A DNA stretch of 64,000 nucleotides from Candidatus Methanomethylophilaceae archaeon (GTDB taxonomy: Archaea; Thermoplasmatota; Thermoplasmata; Methanomassiliicoccales; Methanomethylophilaceae), in assembly GCA_050950505.1 (NCBI GenBank), contig JBMNHS010000001.1, positions 352,001-416,000 on the forward strand, in the 5' to 3' direction. Shown here piece after piece: positions 8,645 to 18,118 of this stretch. Each line of letters opens with the position of its first letter. Position 1 is the stretch's first letter. Both the position numbers and the translations under genes were made by a program. Under the pieces are notes generated by a model. The model was not told the origin of the DNA and did not search any database. It saw only the letters and a list, made by a program, of their open reading frames with translations.

Positions 8645-11600
8645 CTCAAGTCCTCCAGCTGAAGCCTCATGGCGACACCAAGCGACAGCAACTCGTCCAT
8701 CAGCAGTTTGAATGCGTAGGAAGTCTGCACGAGGTGGATGTTGGTGGTGTTCTTGCACACGGGGCAGTAGATATTGCCGAATCTGTTCATGATTGCCACG
8801 TGACCGCACTTGGGATTGCCGCAGATGTGCTGCTGGGTACCGTCGGACTGATCGAGCAGACGGTCTTTGATGACCATGGCGGCTCCGTGTCCGATAAGAC
8901 AGTCACGTTCCATCTCACCGAATCTGAGACCTCCCTGTCTGGAACGTCCTTCGGTGGGCTGACGGGTCAGAATCTGAACCGGTCCTCTGGAACGCACATG
9001 GAGCTTTCCGCTGACCATGTGGTGCAGTTTTTCGAAGTAAATGACTCCGGTGTAAATGTCCATCTGAATCATGCGGCCGGTGGTTCCGTCGTACATGACT
9101 TCCCTTCCGTCTTCCTTGAAGCCGTTCCTGATGAGTCCGTCGCGGATGGATTCCTCTTTCTCTCCCGAGAAAGCGGTACCGTCCACCGTGCGTCCTTCCA
9201 TGGATCCGACCTTTCCGGCAATCATCTCAAGAATGTGACCGACGGTCATACGGGAAGGAATACCGTGAGGGTTCACGACCATGTCGGGAACGATTCCTTC
9301 GCAGGTGAAGGGCATGTCGCACTGATCCACAAGTTTTCCGATGACTCCTTTCTGTCCGAATCTCGAACAGAACTTGTCGCCGACTTCCGGGATCCTCTGA
9401 TCCCTTACCTTGACTCTGACGAAACGGGAACCGTTTTCGGAATCCGTTATCATCACGGAGTCCACGTAACCGGTTTCGCCGGGTCTGACGGTGATTGAGG
9501 TTTCCCTTCTCTTCTGGGGGGTGAGGAAATCCGTTTCCTCCTCCAGGAATCTGGGCGGCGAGGTCTTTCCGACAAGCACGTCGCTTCCTTCCACTTTCGC
9601 TTCGGGGTGAATGAGACCGTCCTCGTCCAATGAGGCGTAAGACAAATCCATACGGGCGCCGATGATGTCGTCGGCAGGGGTTTCGAAACGGTCTTCCTGA
9701 CCTCCGGGGTACCTGCGCTCTTCGGCGCGGTAAGACCTGAGGAAGGTGGAGCGGCCCATGCCTCTCTGGACCGAACTGTTGTTCACGATCAGCGCATCTT
9801 CTATGTTGTATCCGTGGTAGGAGAACACCGCGATGCAGAAGTTCTGTCCCGCCGGCCTCTGGTTGTAACCTATGAACTTCATGGTCTCGGTCTGAACCAG
9901 GGGGGACTGGGGATAATGCATCAGGTGACCTCTGGTGTCGGGTCTGATACGGTAGTTGGCGGTGGGTATTCCCAACGCCTGTTTCGCCATTGCGGCACCC
10001 ATGGTGATACGGGGGGCGGAGTTGTATTCCGGATAGGGAATGACGCCTGCGGCGACACCGAGGATGACCATGGGATCTATCTCCATGTGGGTGTAATTGG
10101 ATTTGATCTTGGAGGGAACTTCGAATTCCCCGTCGCACCAACCGCACTTGATGATTTCTCCCTCGGAATCGGTTCCGGGGTTCATCCAATCGATTTCGGT
10201 GGCGGAAATGGCGTGTCCGCAGAGTTCGCATCTGTCGGGCGCTTCAAAAGCGTCGATGAGAACAAGGAGATCTTCCTCCTCTTCGGCGTCTATCCATTCG
10301 ATGACGCCTTCCATGAACAATTCGTTCCAGCTGATTTTTCCGTCACGCATTTTCTCGATGTGCTTTCTGTTGAGCACGGTCTTGCCGTCCTTGAGTACCA
10401 GCAACGGCCGTCTGAGACGTCCTTCGTCACAGTTGATGATGATTTCGTCCATTTCGTCATCGTGACGGATGTTGATTTCGTTGGAGAGCATTCCGCGTCT
10501 CCTGCGGTCCCTGATTTGGGATACGAGGTGGGCGGGGTCTTTGTGGGTTCCCACAAGATCCCCGTTTACGAAGACCCTGGTTCCCGCGTCCTTGACGGAT
10601 CCGAGTCCCATGTCCTTGTTGAGCACCCATTTGACGTCATTGTCCGGGAATCCCTCGGAAACGTCGATGATGAGCGCGGCGTTTTTCACCAGACCGCAGT
10701 TCTGACCTTCCGGGGTTTCCGACGGGCAGAGCCTTCCCCACTGAGTGGGGTGCAGGTCACGGGCCTCGAAGTGAGGCTGGCTTCTTGTCAGGGAAGAAGT
10801 GATTCTTCTGAGATGCGATATTGCGGAGAGGTTGGAAGTTCTGTCCAAAAGCTGGGACACTCCGGCACGTCCTCCGACCCAGTTTCCGGTGGCCAGCGCA
10901 TGCAGCAATTTGTGCGTGAGCAGGTCCGGACGGATGGTGGACGCTATGTTGAGTTCGTTCCTCTTCCTTCCCCAGTTTCTTTCCAACTGGTACTTCAAAT
11001 CCTTCATCAGGCTGTTGAAGCTGGTTCTGAAGAGATCTTCCATAAGATCTCCGGAAAGTTTGAGCCTTTTGTTCGCGTAGTGGTCCTTGTCGTCTTCCTT
11101 TCTCTTTCCGACGGAAAGTTCGAGAACCGAGCGTGCGATGCGGCCCAGATAAATCGCTTTCTTCATGCGGTCGTCCGCAGTGTCCCCCAGGTGGGGGAGC
11201 AGGGAGTGATCGAGAATGCTCTCGACTTTTCTGATTCTGTATTCTTTGGCCTGACCTGCCGCGAAATTCCTTTCCAAATAGAGAATCGCATCCTCGGTGG
11301 TGTGGAATCCGTTGGGGGCGTAGGCCTTTGTGTCAAGGGAAGCCTCAAGGTTCGAATATACCAGATTGGACATGTCTTCGTCGGAAACGATGGTGTCGTA
11401 AATTTCCTGATCCGATTCCATTCCCAGGGCTTTCATGAGAGCCACCAGGGGTATCGCGCTGGATGCGACGGGGACGCTCACGACGAGCATTCCGTCCTTC
11501 TTCCTTTCCACCAGGGTCAGCGCGCGGTATCCGTCCCTCTGGGAGAACACCTTGGCGGTTTCCAGGGCGGTGCCGTACCTTTCGTTGTATTCGACCATGA

Positions 11601-12246
11601 CCCGGTTGGGTGCAAGGTCTTCCAACGTGATGAGGGCTCTTTCGGTGCCTCCGATTATGAAGTATCCTCCGGGTTCTTCCGGGTCTTCCTTGCTGTTGAT
11701 GAGAGCCTGATGATATTCTTCGTCGGTGAATTTGCCGTCGTTGGCGAATTCCATGACTTCCCTGTTGAGATTGCAGCCTTTGGCTTTGATCATCATCGGA
11801 AGGTCTCCGACCCTGATCCATTTCTCATTCTCGGGTATGGGGATGAGTTCCCCGTCCTCATAAAGATCGAAGTGCACGAAAACCGGAGACATGTAGTTCA
11901 GGTTTCTGAGCCTGGCTTCCATGGGGGTGAGTTCGTGACTGTATCCGTTGGCCTCGGTCACTTTCGGGGAGTTTATGCGCACGGTGGGCGGAGATTTGGG
12001 ATCGATTTTACCGTCATCGAGTCTTGCGCGTCCGATGCGTATTTCGATGTTTCTGCCGCCGGTGCGTTCGGGATCCAATCTTATGCATCCCCTGTCCGTG
12101 TCTTCGGTGGGCACTCTTACGTCATCCACGATTTTCTGCATCCTGCTGTTGGGGTGATCCGCGGTCGCAAGGAAATCGTTGTAAGACGACAGGTGGTGAT
12201 TGACGATGTTGCGGTCGGTAAAGTAGAGTTCTACCAGATCTCTCAT
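8641..12246 (-). CDS. rpoB: RNA polymerase subunit B (Rpo2, unsplit)
   Basis: ETPEGQNCGLVKN, GDKFCSRFGQKG and RFGEMERD motifs. Confidence 0.97.
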   Translation of the reverse strand: MRDLVELYFTDRNIVNHHLSSYNDFLATADHPNSRMQKIVDDVRVPTEDTDRGCIRLDPERTGGRNIEIRIGRARLDDGKIDPKSPPTVRINSPKVTEANGYSHELTPMEARLRNLNYMSPVFVHFDLYEDGELIPIPENEKWIRVGDLPMMIKAKGCNLNREVMEFANDGKFTDEEYHQALINSKEDPEEPGGYFIIGGTERALITLEDLAPNRVMVEYNERYGTALETAKVFSQRDGYRALTLVERKKDGMLVVSVPVASSAIPLVALMKALGMESDQEIYDTIVSDEDMSNLVYSNLEASLDTKAYAPNGFHTTEDAILYLERNFAAGQAKEYRIRKVESILDHSLLPHLGDTADDRMKKAIYLGRIARSVLELSVGKRKEDDKDHYANKRLKLSGDLMEDLFRTSFNSLMKDLKYQLERNWGRKRNELNIASTIRPDLLTHKLLHALATGNWVGGRAGVSQLLDRTSNLSAISHLRRITSSLTRSQPHFEARDLHPTQWGRLCPSETPEGQNCGLVKNAALIIDVSEGFPDNDVKWVLNKDMGLGSVKDAGTRVFVNGDLVGTHKDPAHLVSQIRDRRRRGMLSNEINIRHDDEMDEIIINCDEGRLRRPLLVLKDGKTVLNRKHIEKMRDGKISWNELFMEGVIEWIDAEEEEDLLVLIDAFEAPDRCELCGHAISATEIDWMNPGTDSEGEIIKCGWCDGEFEVPSKIKSNYTHMEIDPMVILGVAAGVIPYPEYNSAPRITMGAAMAKQALGIPTANYRIRPDTRGHLMHYPQSPLVQTETMKFIGYNQRPAGQNFCIAVFSYHGYNIEDALIVNNSSVQRGMGRSTFLRSYRAEERRYPGGQEDRFETPADDIIGARMDLSYASLDEDGLIHPEAKVEGSDVLVGKTSPPRFLEEETDFLTPQKRRETSITVRPGETGYVDSVMITDSENGSRFVRVKVRDQRIPEVGDKFCSRFGQKGVIGKLVDQCDMPFTCEGIVPDMVVNPHGIPSRMTVGHILEMIAGKVGSMEGRTVDGTAFSGEKEESIRDGLIRNGFKEDGREVMYDGTTGRMIQMDIYTGVIYFEKLHHMVSGKLHVRSRGPVQILTRQPTEGRSRQGGLRFGEMERDCLIGHGAAMVIKDRLLDQSDGTQQHICGNPKCGHVAIMNRFGNIYCPVCKNTTNIHLVQTSYAFKLLMDELLSLGVAMRLQLEDLR

Positions 12247-12247
12247 G

Positions 12248-12517
12248 TCACTTGGCCCCCGTTACCAGTCTGTAGGCCACGAATTCTTCTGCTGTTTCGC
12301 TCTGCCTCACAATTTTTATTACACTGCCCTCTTCGATCGGGCCGTGCACTGACTCCAGAACCTTGATTCCGGCATCACTCTTTTTTATCTTCGGAAGTTG
12401 ATCGCGGGTCATACCCAATTCGTTGAGAATTTCGGTCGCGTCTTCTTCAGACAAAAGGTGATGTTCGGGTACGAGTTTGTGCTCGAGAACATTAAACGGG
12501 ATGTTATTTGTTGACAA
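12248..12517 (-). CDS. rpoH: RNA polymerase subunit H (Rpo5)
   Basis: HKLVPEH, LPKIKKSD and IVRQSETA motifs. TTG start at 12517 follows GAAGGTGA; the ORF track starts at 12544. Confidence 0.93.
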   Translation of the reverse strand: MSTNNIPFNVLEHKLVPEHHLLSEEDATEILNELGMTRDQLPKIKKSDAGIKVLESVHGPIEEGSVIKIVRQSETAEEFVAYRLVTGAK

Positions 12518-12633
12518 TGTTTCACCTTCTTGCTGCCCCGCCACGGGATGATTGCGGGTAATTCGTTTCAGAATCTTTGAATTTCACTTTCCTCATACTT
12601 GATCCGCCGTTGATCGCTCATGAAGTCCATCAG

Positions 12634-12707
12634 CGGGCCTGAAGGGATTCGAACCCTTGACCACCTGATTAAAAGTCAGATGCTCTTCCTAGCTGAGCTA
12701 CAGGCCC
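12634..12707 (-). tRNA. tRNA-Lys(UUU)
   Basis: GGGCCTG...CAGGCCCG acceptor stem, anticodon arm TCTGA-CTTTTAA-TCAGG, T-loop GTTCGAATC; no CCA encoded. Confidence 0.95.
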
Positions 12708-12745
12708 TTGATAGCTTAAGCTTGCAATCTGTGTTGAATTCATCC

Positions 12746-12755
12746 TTATATATAA
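12746..12755 (-). promoter_or_regulatory. TATA box for tRNA-Lys, possibly also for the downstream rpo operon
   Basis: TTATATATAA about 39 nt upstream of the mature tRNA 5' end. Confidence 0.5.
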
Positions 12756-12905
12756 CTCCTTGTTTTTAAAAGACGGAATTCTTCAGATTTGCTTTAGCTG
12801 AGCAGTGTAAGAAGGAGTCTACGTTAAATATCTTCTGCATTGGAAGACGAAAACCCCACGATTTCAGAATATCTATTATAACGGAATCGCAATCGGGATT
12901 TTGTT

Positions 12906-15098
12906 ATGGTTGACCATCTTGAACTTAAAGTAGGCATGGCTCGGAGACAATCCGAAACAGGTTACGGACGGGCAAGATTGGATGCGGCCTCCCGGGCCGC
13001 TTTGAATCTGGAAATAGGCGATGCCATAGAAATCAGCGGCCGGAAGACCGTGGTCGCCAAAGTTTTCAAAGGGGATTCCGAAGACGAAGGAAGAGGGGTG
13101 ATACGCATAGACGGTCTTACCAGAACAAGTGCCGGGATCGGTGTGGACGACACCGTCAGAATAAGAAAATGCGATCCCCGTCCGGCGGAAAAGGTCATTT
13201 TGGCCCCGGACATACCCGAGGGAAAGAAAGCGGTTTACCGTGAAGGCATCGAATCGGTTTTTGTCAAAGACCTCACCGGCAGACCGTTGATAGAGGGATT
13301 GGACATTCTCCTTCCCAACGTGGCGTTGCTCGGCAACCGTTCCACATTTTCAGTCATAAGCACGGTGCCGCAGGGCCCCGTTTACGTCACTTCCGAAACC
13401 GTCATCGATCTGAAAGAAACCTCTTCGGCCGAAGTTTCCGGAAAAAGAGTGAGAAACATAACCTACGATGACGTGGGCGGACTGGACGGCGAACTCAAGA
13501 GAATAAGGGAATTGGTGGAGTTGCCGTTGAAACATCCCGAGCTTTTCGACCGGTTGGGAATCGCACCCCCCAACGGCGTGCTGATGTACGGGCCTTCGGG
13601 AACCGGAAAGACTCTGATTGCCCAAGCCGTGGCGAACGAGTCCGGAGCGTCCTTCTTCACGGTGCAGGGGCCTGAAATCATGGGAAGTTATTTCGGTCAA
13701 AGCGAAGAAAGACTCCGGGATATTTTCAAGGAAGCCACCGAAAACGCCCCGAGTATAGTTTTTCTTGACGAAATCGATTCCATCGCACCGAACCGGGATT
13801 CCGTCGTCGGCGAAACCGAGAAAAGAATCGTTGCGCAGCTGTTGACTCTGATGGACGGAATGAACGATCGGGACGGAGTCATCGTGATAGGCGCCACCAA
13901 CAGGGAAGACTCCATCGATCCCGCCCTGAGAAGGCCGGGAAGATTCGACAGAGAGGTGGAAATCGGCATCCCGGGACGGGAGGCCAGAAAAGAAATACTT
14001 GACGTTCACACGAGAAACATGCCCGTGGCCGACGACGTGGACACGGATTATCTCGCTTCAATCACTCAGGGGTTTGTCGGGGCGGACCTTGCCGCTCTGT
14101 GCCGGGAAAGCGCCATGCAATGCCTGAGTTCCAAGATGGAAGAATTGGATCTGGACAAACCCATACCTTCCGAAAAACTTGCTGAAATGAAAGTCAGCCT
14201 GAGCGATTTCACCGAGGCTTTGGCCGACGTGGAACCCAGCGGAATGCGGGAGGTTCTGGTGGAGATACCCAAAATATCCTGGGCGGACGTGGGCGGTTTG
14301 GACGAAATCAAAGAAGAAATCAGAAACGGATTCCTTCCGGGCAAAAATTCCAAGGCTTTCGAAAAATTGGGAATAGTTCCGGGCAAGGGACTTTTGCTGT
14401 ACGGACCTCCGGGAACCGGAAAAACTCTGATCGCCAAAGCCGTGGCGAACGAATCCGGGGCAAATTTCATCTCGGTGGGCGGACCCGAATTCATCAGCAA
14501 ATGGATGGGGGAAACCGAACGGGCCATAAGACAGGTTTTCAAACGCGCCAAACAGATGGCCCCCTGCATCGTGTTCTTCGACGAATTGGATTCCGTGGCT
14601 CCCCGGAGAGGGGACGGGCGGGACGGCCTCGAGGGGGCGGTGGCTCAATTGCTTACCTCCATGGACGGAATCGAATCTTTGGGAAACGTCACCGTCATGG
14701 GCGCAACCAACCGCCCGGACATGATAGACCCGGCTTTGCTGAGACCGGGAAGATTCGACAAAATGGTTCTTGTGGGAAAGCCCGATCTGAAAAGCAGACT
14801 GAGAATATTGGAAATACATACCGAAAACATGCCGTTGATAGGAATCGATCTGATTGACGTCGCCGCGGAAACCGACGGTTACGTGGGAGCGGATCTCGCC
14901 GCTCTGTGCCGGGAAGCGGGAATGGCGGCGTACCGGGAAAATCCCGATGCCGAACTCATCGGAGAAAAACATTTCAAAGCCGCGATGGAAACCGTGAAAC
15001 CTTCGGTGGACCCGGAAACCTTCAAAAGTTACGAGAACATAGGCAAGGAAATGAGGAAACGGAAAGACGGATGGGACGGGGTCCCGTTCTACGGGTGA
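12906..15098 (+). CDS. cdc48: CDC48/VCP (VAT) family AAA+ ATPase
   Basis: N-domain plus two AAA modules (GPSGTGKT, GPPGTGKT, RRPGRFD); C-terminal FYG fits the HbYX proteasome-docking motif. Confidence 0.95.
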   Translation: MVDHLELKVGMARRQSETGYGRARLDAASRAALNLEIGDAIEISGRKTVVAKVFKGDSEDEGRGVIRIDGLTRTSAGIGVDDTVRIRKCDPRPAEKVILAPDIPEGKKAVYREGIESVFVKDLTGRPLIEGLDILLPNVALLGNRSTFSVISTVPQGPVYVTSETVIDLKETSSAEVSGKRVRNITYDDVGGLDGELKRIRELVELPLKHPELFDRLGIAPPNGVLMYGPSGTGKTLIAQAVANESGASFFTVQGPEIMGSYFGQSEERLRDIFKEATENAPSIVFLDEIDSIAPNRDSVVGETEKRIVAQLLTLMDGMNDRDGVIVIGATNREDSIDPALRRPGRFDREVEIGIPGREARKEILDVHTRNMPVADDVDTDYLASITQGFVGADLAALCRESAMQCLSSKMEELDLDKPIPSEKLAEMKVSLSDFTEALADVEPSGMREVLVEIPKISWADVGGLDEIKEEIRNGFLPGKNSKAFEKLGIVPGKGLLLYGPPGTGKTLIAKAVANESGANFISVGGPEFISKWMGETERAIRQVFKRAKQMAPCIVFFDELDSVAPRRGDGRDGLEGAVAQLLTSMDGIESLGNVTVMGATNRPDMIDPALLRPGRFDKMVLVGKPDLKSRLRILEIHTENMPLIGIDLIDVAAETDGYVGADLAALCREAGMAAYRENPDAELIGEKHFKAAMETVKPSVDPETFKSYENIGKEMRKRKDGWDGVPFYG

Positions 15099-15103
15099 TT
15101 GAC

Positions 15104-15343
15104 ATGAATGTGAAATTCTTTTCAAAGGAACTTATAGGAAAGACCGTGGAGAACATCTCCGGGAACACCGTGGGCATTTTGGACGAAATAGTTTTGGACA
15201 CCGTCGGAGGCCGGGTTAAGTATCTGCTTATCAGACCCACGGGTTCCATAATAAACAAGTCCGCCAAAGTCGACGAACACGGCCGTCTCGTGGTGGAAAC
15301 CGGGCGCATCCGTCTGGAAGGGGAACGGATAGTCATCAACTGA
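15104..15343 (+). CDS. PRC-barrel domain protein
   Basis: MNVKFFSKELIGKTV...G.VGILDEIVLD...GRVKYLLI, the PRC-barrel pattern. Confidence 0.8.
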   Translation: MNVKFFSKELIGKTVENISGNTVGILDEIVLDTVGGRVKYLLIRPTGSIINKSAKVDEHGRLVVETGRIRLEGERIVIN

Positions 15344-16868
15344 CTTTTTTCATCATGTACGGACGCCGGAGTTCAAATCCCAGCTTTCTGTAAAATCCTC
15401 TGTCCCCGGGACCGCAGGTCACTCTCAGCAACGATGCGTCGGATTCGGAAACTATCTTTTCGGCTTCTTTCATCATAAGCATATCGTATCCTTTGTCATG
15501 CCACGAATCCTCGTCGGAAGGGGAAGACATGGTTCCGGATACTTTCACCTCTCTGACCGAAGCGATGTCCCCGTCGATTCTCAGTCTGAGATAGCTTATC
15601 ACCGAATCTTCGTATTCGTAACTTATGAAAAATTCCTTTCCTTCGGACGCTTCGTATTCGAAAACTTTCAAAGCCGCTTCTTCGGGCTCCACGGGACGGA
15701 GGCCGGTGTGACCGACTTCCCTGCATCTCAGACAGTTGCAGGTCATTCCTTCGTCGCTCATGTGTTTTCTCACGATCTGCCGGAGATTGCTGTTCATTAT
15801 CCCCGCGGCGATTTCGGTGGTGGGAATGTCGCGTTGGATTCTTTGGATTCTGACGTATTCCGGAACCGTGGATTTCATCTCGGAAAGAAGAACCGCGGCG
15901 GTTTCCGTGTCGTAGGGTTCGTATTCCCCGTTGATCCACATATCATAAAGACGGGTTCCGGGTATCACCAGCGTGGTGTAGAATTTGAAAGAATCCGGAC
16001 GGAAATCCGAATCGGAGAATATCCGTTTGAAAGATGCTTTGTCTTTCATCGGATCCGAACCGGGAAGGCCGGGCATTATGTGGTATCCCACGGGAAGACC
16101 TGATGTTTTTCCCATCCGGGTGGCGTCGATTATGTCCTGTATGCCGTGACCGCGGTTGACGGCTTCCAAGATGCCGTCGTCCAGAATCTGAACGCCGAGT
16201 TCTATCCTGGTCGCTCCCAGTTTCATCACGTTTTCCGCTTCTTCCTCATCGAAAGAATCGGGACGGGTTTCAACGGCCAGGGCGACGCATCTGTGTTCGG
16301 CGTGTTCGTTAAGGTCTTGAGCGGCTTCGAGATTCGGGGAATCCTCCCCGTTCATGGCGTCGAAACATCTCCTTACGAACCATTCCTGATAGTCTCGATC
16401 CCTGCAAGTGAAGGTTCCGCCCATGACGATCAGATCTATTTTCGAAGTGTCATGGCCTATGGCGGTCAACTGCTCTATCCGGTCCGTTACCTGAAGGTAC
16501 GGATCGTATTCGTTTCTGCCCGCCCTCCTTGCCGCAGGTTCTTTCCCGGTGTAGGATTGGGGCGAGTTCTGTTCGACCCCTCCCGGACAGAAAGTGCATT
16601 TTCCGTGGGGGCAGGGGTGAGGGGAAGACATAACCGCCACGACGGCGGTGCCGCTGGCGGTTCTCATGGGTTTTTTGATCAATAACGGCAAAAGCAGATT
16701 CCTGTCCTCATCGGCGACTTCGGCCAGAATCTCGGAATTGGGAGGGACTCTTTTGAGTCCCAGTTCGCCGCAGAGCTTGATTTTTTTGTCCTGTATCCCT
16801 CCGCGGGTACGTATTTCACCGTCTTTCACGGCCGCGATCAGACGGGTTGCCAGCTCGGGTACTTTCAT
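15336..16868 (-). CDS. elp3: Elp3 tRNA U34 acetyltransferase (radical SAM + KAT domain), KAT motifs divergent
   Basis: CPHGKCTFCPGG, QSYTGKEPA, ETRPD, RIQRDIP and CLRCREVG motifs. Confidence 0.92.
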   Translation of the reverse strand: MKVPELATRLIAAVKDGEIRTRGGIQDKKIKLCGELGLKRVPPNSEILAEVADEDRNLLLPLLIKKPMRTASGTAVVAVMSSPHPCPHGKCTFCPGGVEQNSPQSYTGKEPAARRAGRNEYDPYLQVTDRIEQLTAIGHDTSKIDLIVMGGTFTCRDRDYQEWFVRRCFDAMNGEDSPNLEAAQDLNEHAEHRCVALAVETRPDSFDEEEAENVMKLGATRIELGVQILDDGILEAVNRGHGIQDIIDATRMGKTSGLPVGYHIMPGLPGSDPMKDKASFKRIFSDSDFRPDSFKFYTTLVIPGTRLYDMWINGEYEPYDTETAAVLLSEMKSTVPEYVRIQRIQRDIPTTEIAAGIMNSNLRQIVRKHMSDEGMTCNCLRCREVGHTGLRPVEPEEAALKVFEYEASEGKEFFISYEYEDSVISYLRLRIDGDIASVREVKVSGTMSSPSDEDSWHDKGYDMLMMKEAEKIVSESDASLLRVTCGPGDRGFYRKLGFELRRPYMMKKVS

Positions 16869-17104
16869 CCGTAATAAACGTCCTTGGGGGATTCGGGTCC
16901 TTCTTCCGGGGCCTGTTGCACAAGCCTCATGATGGTGATTGATGCGGACGGAACGTAGACTTTGCCTTCTTCGTCTTTCAGAACCAAAGCCGTTTCCGTG
17001 CCTATCATGACATAACCGAGAAAGGCCCCGGTTATTTCTTCGCCGTCGACGGTGACGGTGTAGACCGAACCGGTTTTCAGTTCGTTGTTCCTGCCCTCAT
17101 TCAC
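16865..17104 (-). CDS. small hypothetical protein (predicted beta-rich)
   Basis: 79-aa ORF overlapping both neighbours in the same orientation. Confidence 0.7.
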   Translation of the reverse strand: MNEGRNNELKTGSVYTVTVDGEEITGAFLGYVMIGTETALVLKDEEGKVYVPSASITIMRLVQQAPEEGPESPKDVYYG

Positions 17105-17561
17105 CGTTTTCCCTCCGTTTGACGGATAACTCCTGAAGGTGAACCGCGGTGCTTTTGTAATTTTCCATGGCCATTTTCACATTGGCTTCGGTGAAACTCC
17201 AGGCTTTTGACAGATCTCCGTATCTCAGACGGTATCCTTTTCTGGGCTGGTTTTCGAACTCCGTGTCCGCCCCTTCCATCAGATCAAGGGACTTCAGTTT
17301 GTTGATGTGCCTGTAAATTGTGGGTTTTGAGGTATCCAGCAAAATCGCCAGTTCGTCAACGGTCCAGAGCTTGTTTGGATTCGCCATAAAGAAATCCATG
17401 AACAGTCTGTACGGTACACTGTCTCGGACTCCCGTTGCGGAAGTTTTCGGATCGTATCCTTTCGGAATATACCCTATATCCGTCAAAAAAGTCTCCGCGA
17501 CAATTTCCAGATCCGGAACGGAATTCATGGGGGTGTTGCTGACAACCTGTAACGTGAACAT
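17097..17561 (-). CDS. winged-HTH transcriptional regulator-like protein
   Basis: TVDELAILLDTSKPTIYRHINKLKSLDL HTH. Confidence 0.8.
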   Translation of the reverse strand: MFTLQVVSNTPMNSVPDLEIVAETFLTDIGYIPKGYDPKTSATGVRDSVPYRLFMDFFMANPNKLWTVDELAILLDTSKPTIYRHINKLKSLDLMEGADTEFENQPRKGYRLRYGDLSKAWSFTEANVKMAMENYKSTAVHLQELSVKRRENGE

Positions 17562-17605
17562 ATTATCGCCTGAGCTTGATAAAGTAAAGGCGATATTTTA
17601 ATTTT

Positions 17606-18118
17606 TCAAATAATATCTTCCAAACGTTCAATGGCTTTGATTATGCTTACGGTGGGGATGACCCTTGAAACCGGAATGGTCAGAATTTTTTCCACCGTGG
17701 GGGCGACTATGGGTGCGCAGACGATTGCCAACGCTCCGTCCCTTTCGGCTCTCACCGCCGCTATTATGGCATCCTCCACGGTGTTCACGGGGTATTCCCT
17801 GAGAACCACGGTCCGCCCTCCGACTTCCGCAGCCTGGGGCATGACATCCATGGAAACGTTGGAAGCTATCACCGCAATGAAAGGTTCGTCCGCGGAACTT
17901 GTCAGTTCCCGCAGGGCTTTGATGACCCTCCTCACGGTACGTATGTTCGGTTCCCGTTGTTCTTCCAGTACTTTGTACATGGTGGACGGTGAAAGGCCTG
18001 ACAGTTCACAGAATTCGCTCAGGGACATTTCCAGCTCGTCATCGAGCATGGAACGGAGGGCTTTCTGAAACCCCCCTTCTTCCCTCAGCATTCCGGCTAT
18101 CAGGTCCTCCACTGTCAT
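17606..18118 (-). CDS. XRE-type HTH transcriptional regulator with C-terminal alpha/beta domain
   Basis: MSLSEFCELSGLSPSTMYKV HTH; start MTVEDL at 18118 overlaps the trxB stop. Confidence 0.8.
   Translation of the reverse strand: MTVEDLIAGMLREEGGFQKALRSMLDDELEMSLSEFCELSGLSPSTMYKVLEEQREPNIRTVRRVIKALRELTSSADEPFIAVIASNVSMDVMPQAAEVGGRTVVLREYPVNTVEDAIIAAVRAERDGALAIVCAPIVAPTVEKILTIPVSRVIPTVSIIKAIERLEDII

Noticed and set aside
4391-12366. Very long plus-strand ORFs (884, 524 and 850 aa) antisense to the rpo genes, and similar shadows over gyrA/gyrB, lhr and mcm
   Set aside because: They are in-register antisense shadows of conserved genes, explained by codon bias, and carry no recognisable motifs.
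15336-15343. Short convergent gene overlaps (also 29470-29476, 38883-38907, 56915-56923)
   Set aside because: These are ordinary in compact archaeal genomes and give no evidence of special function.
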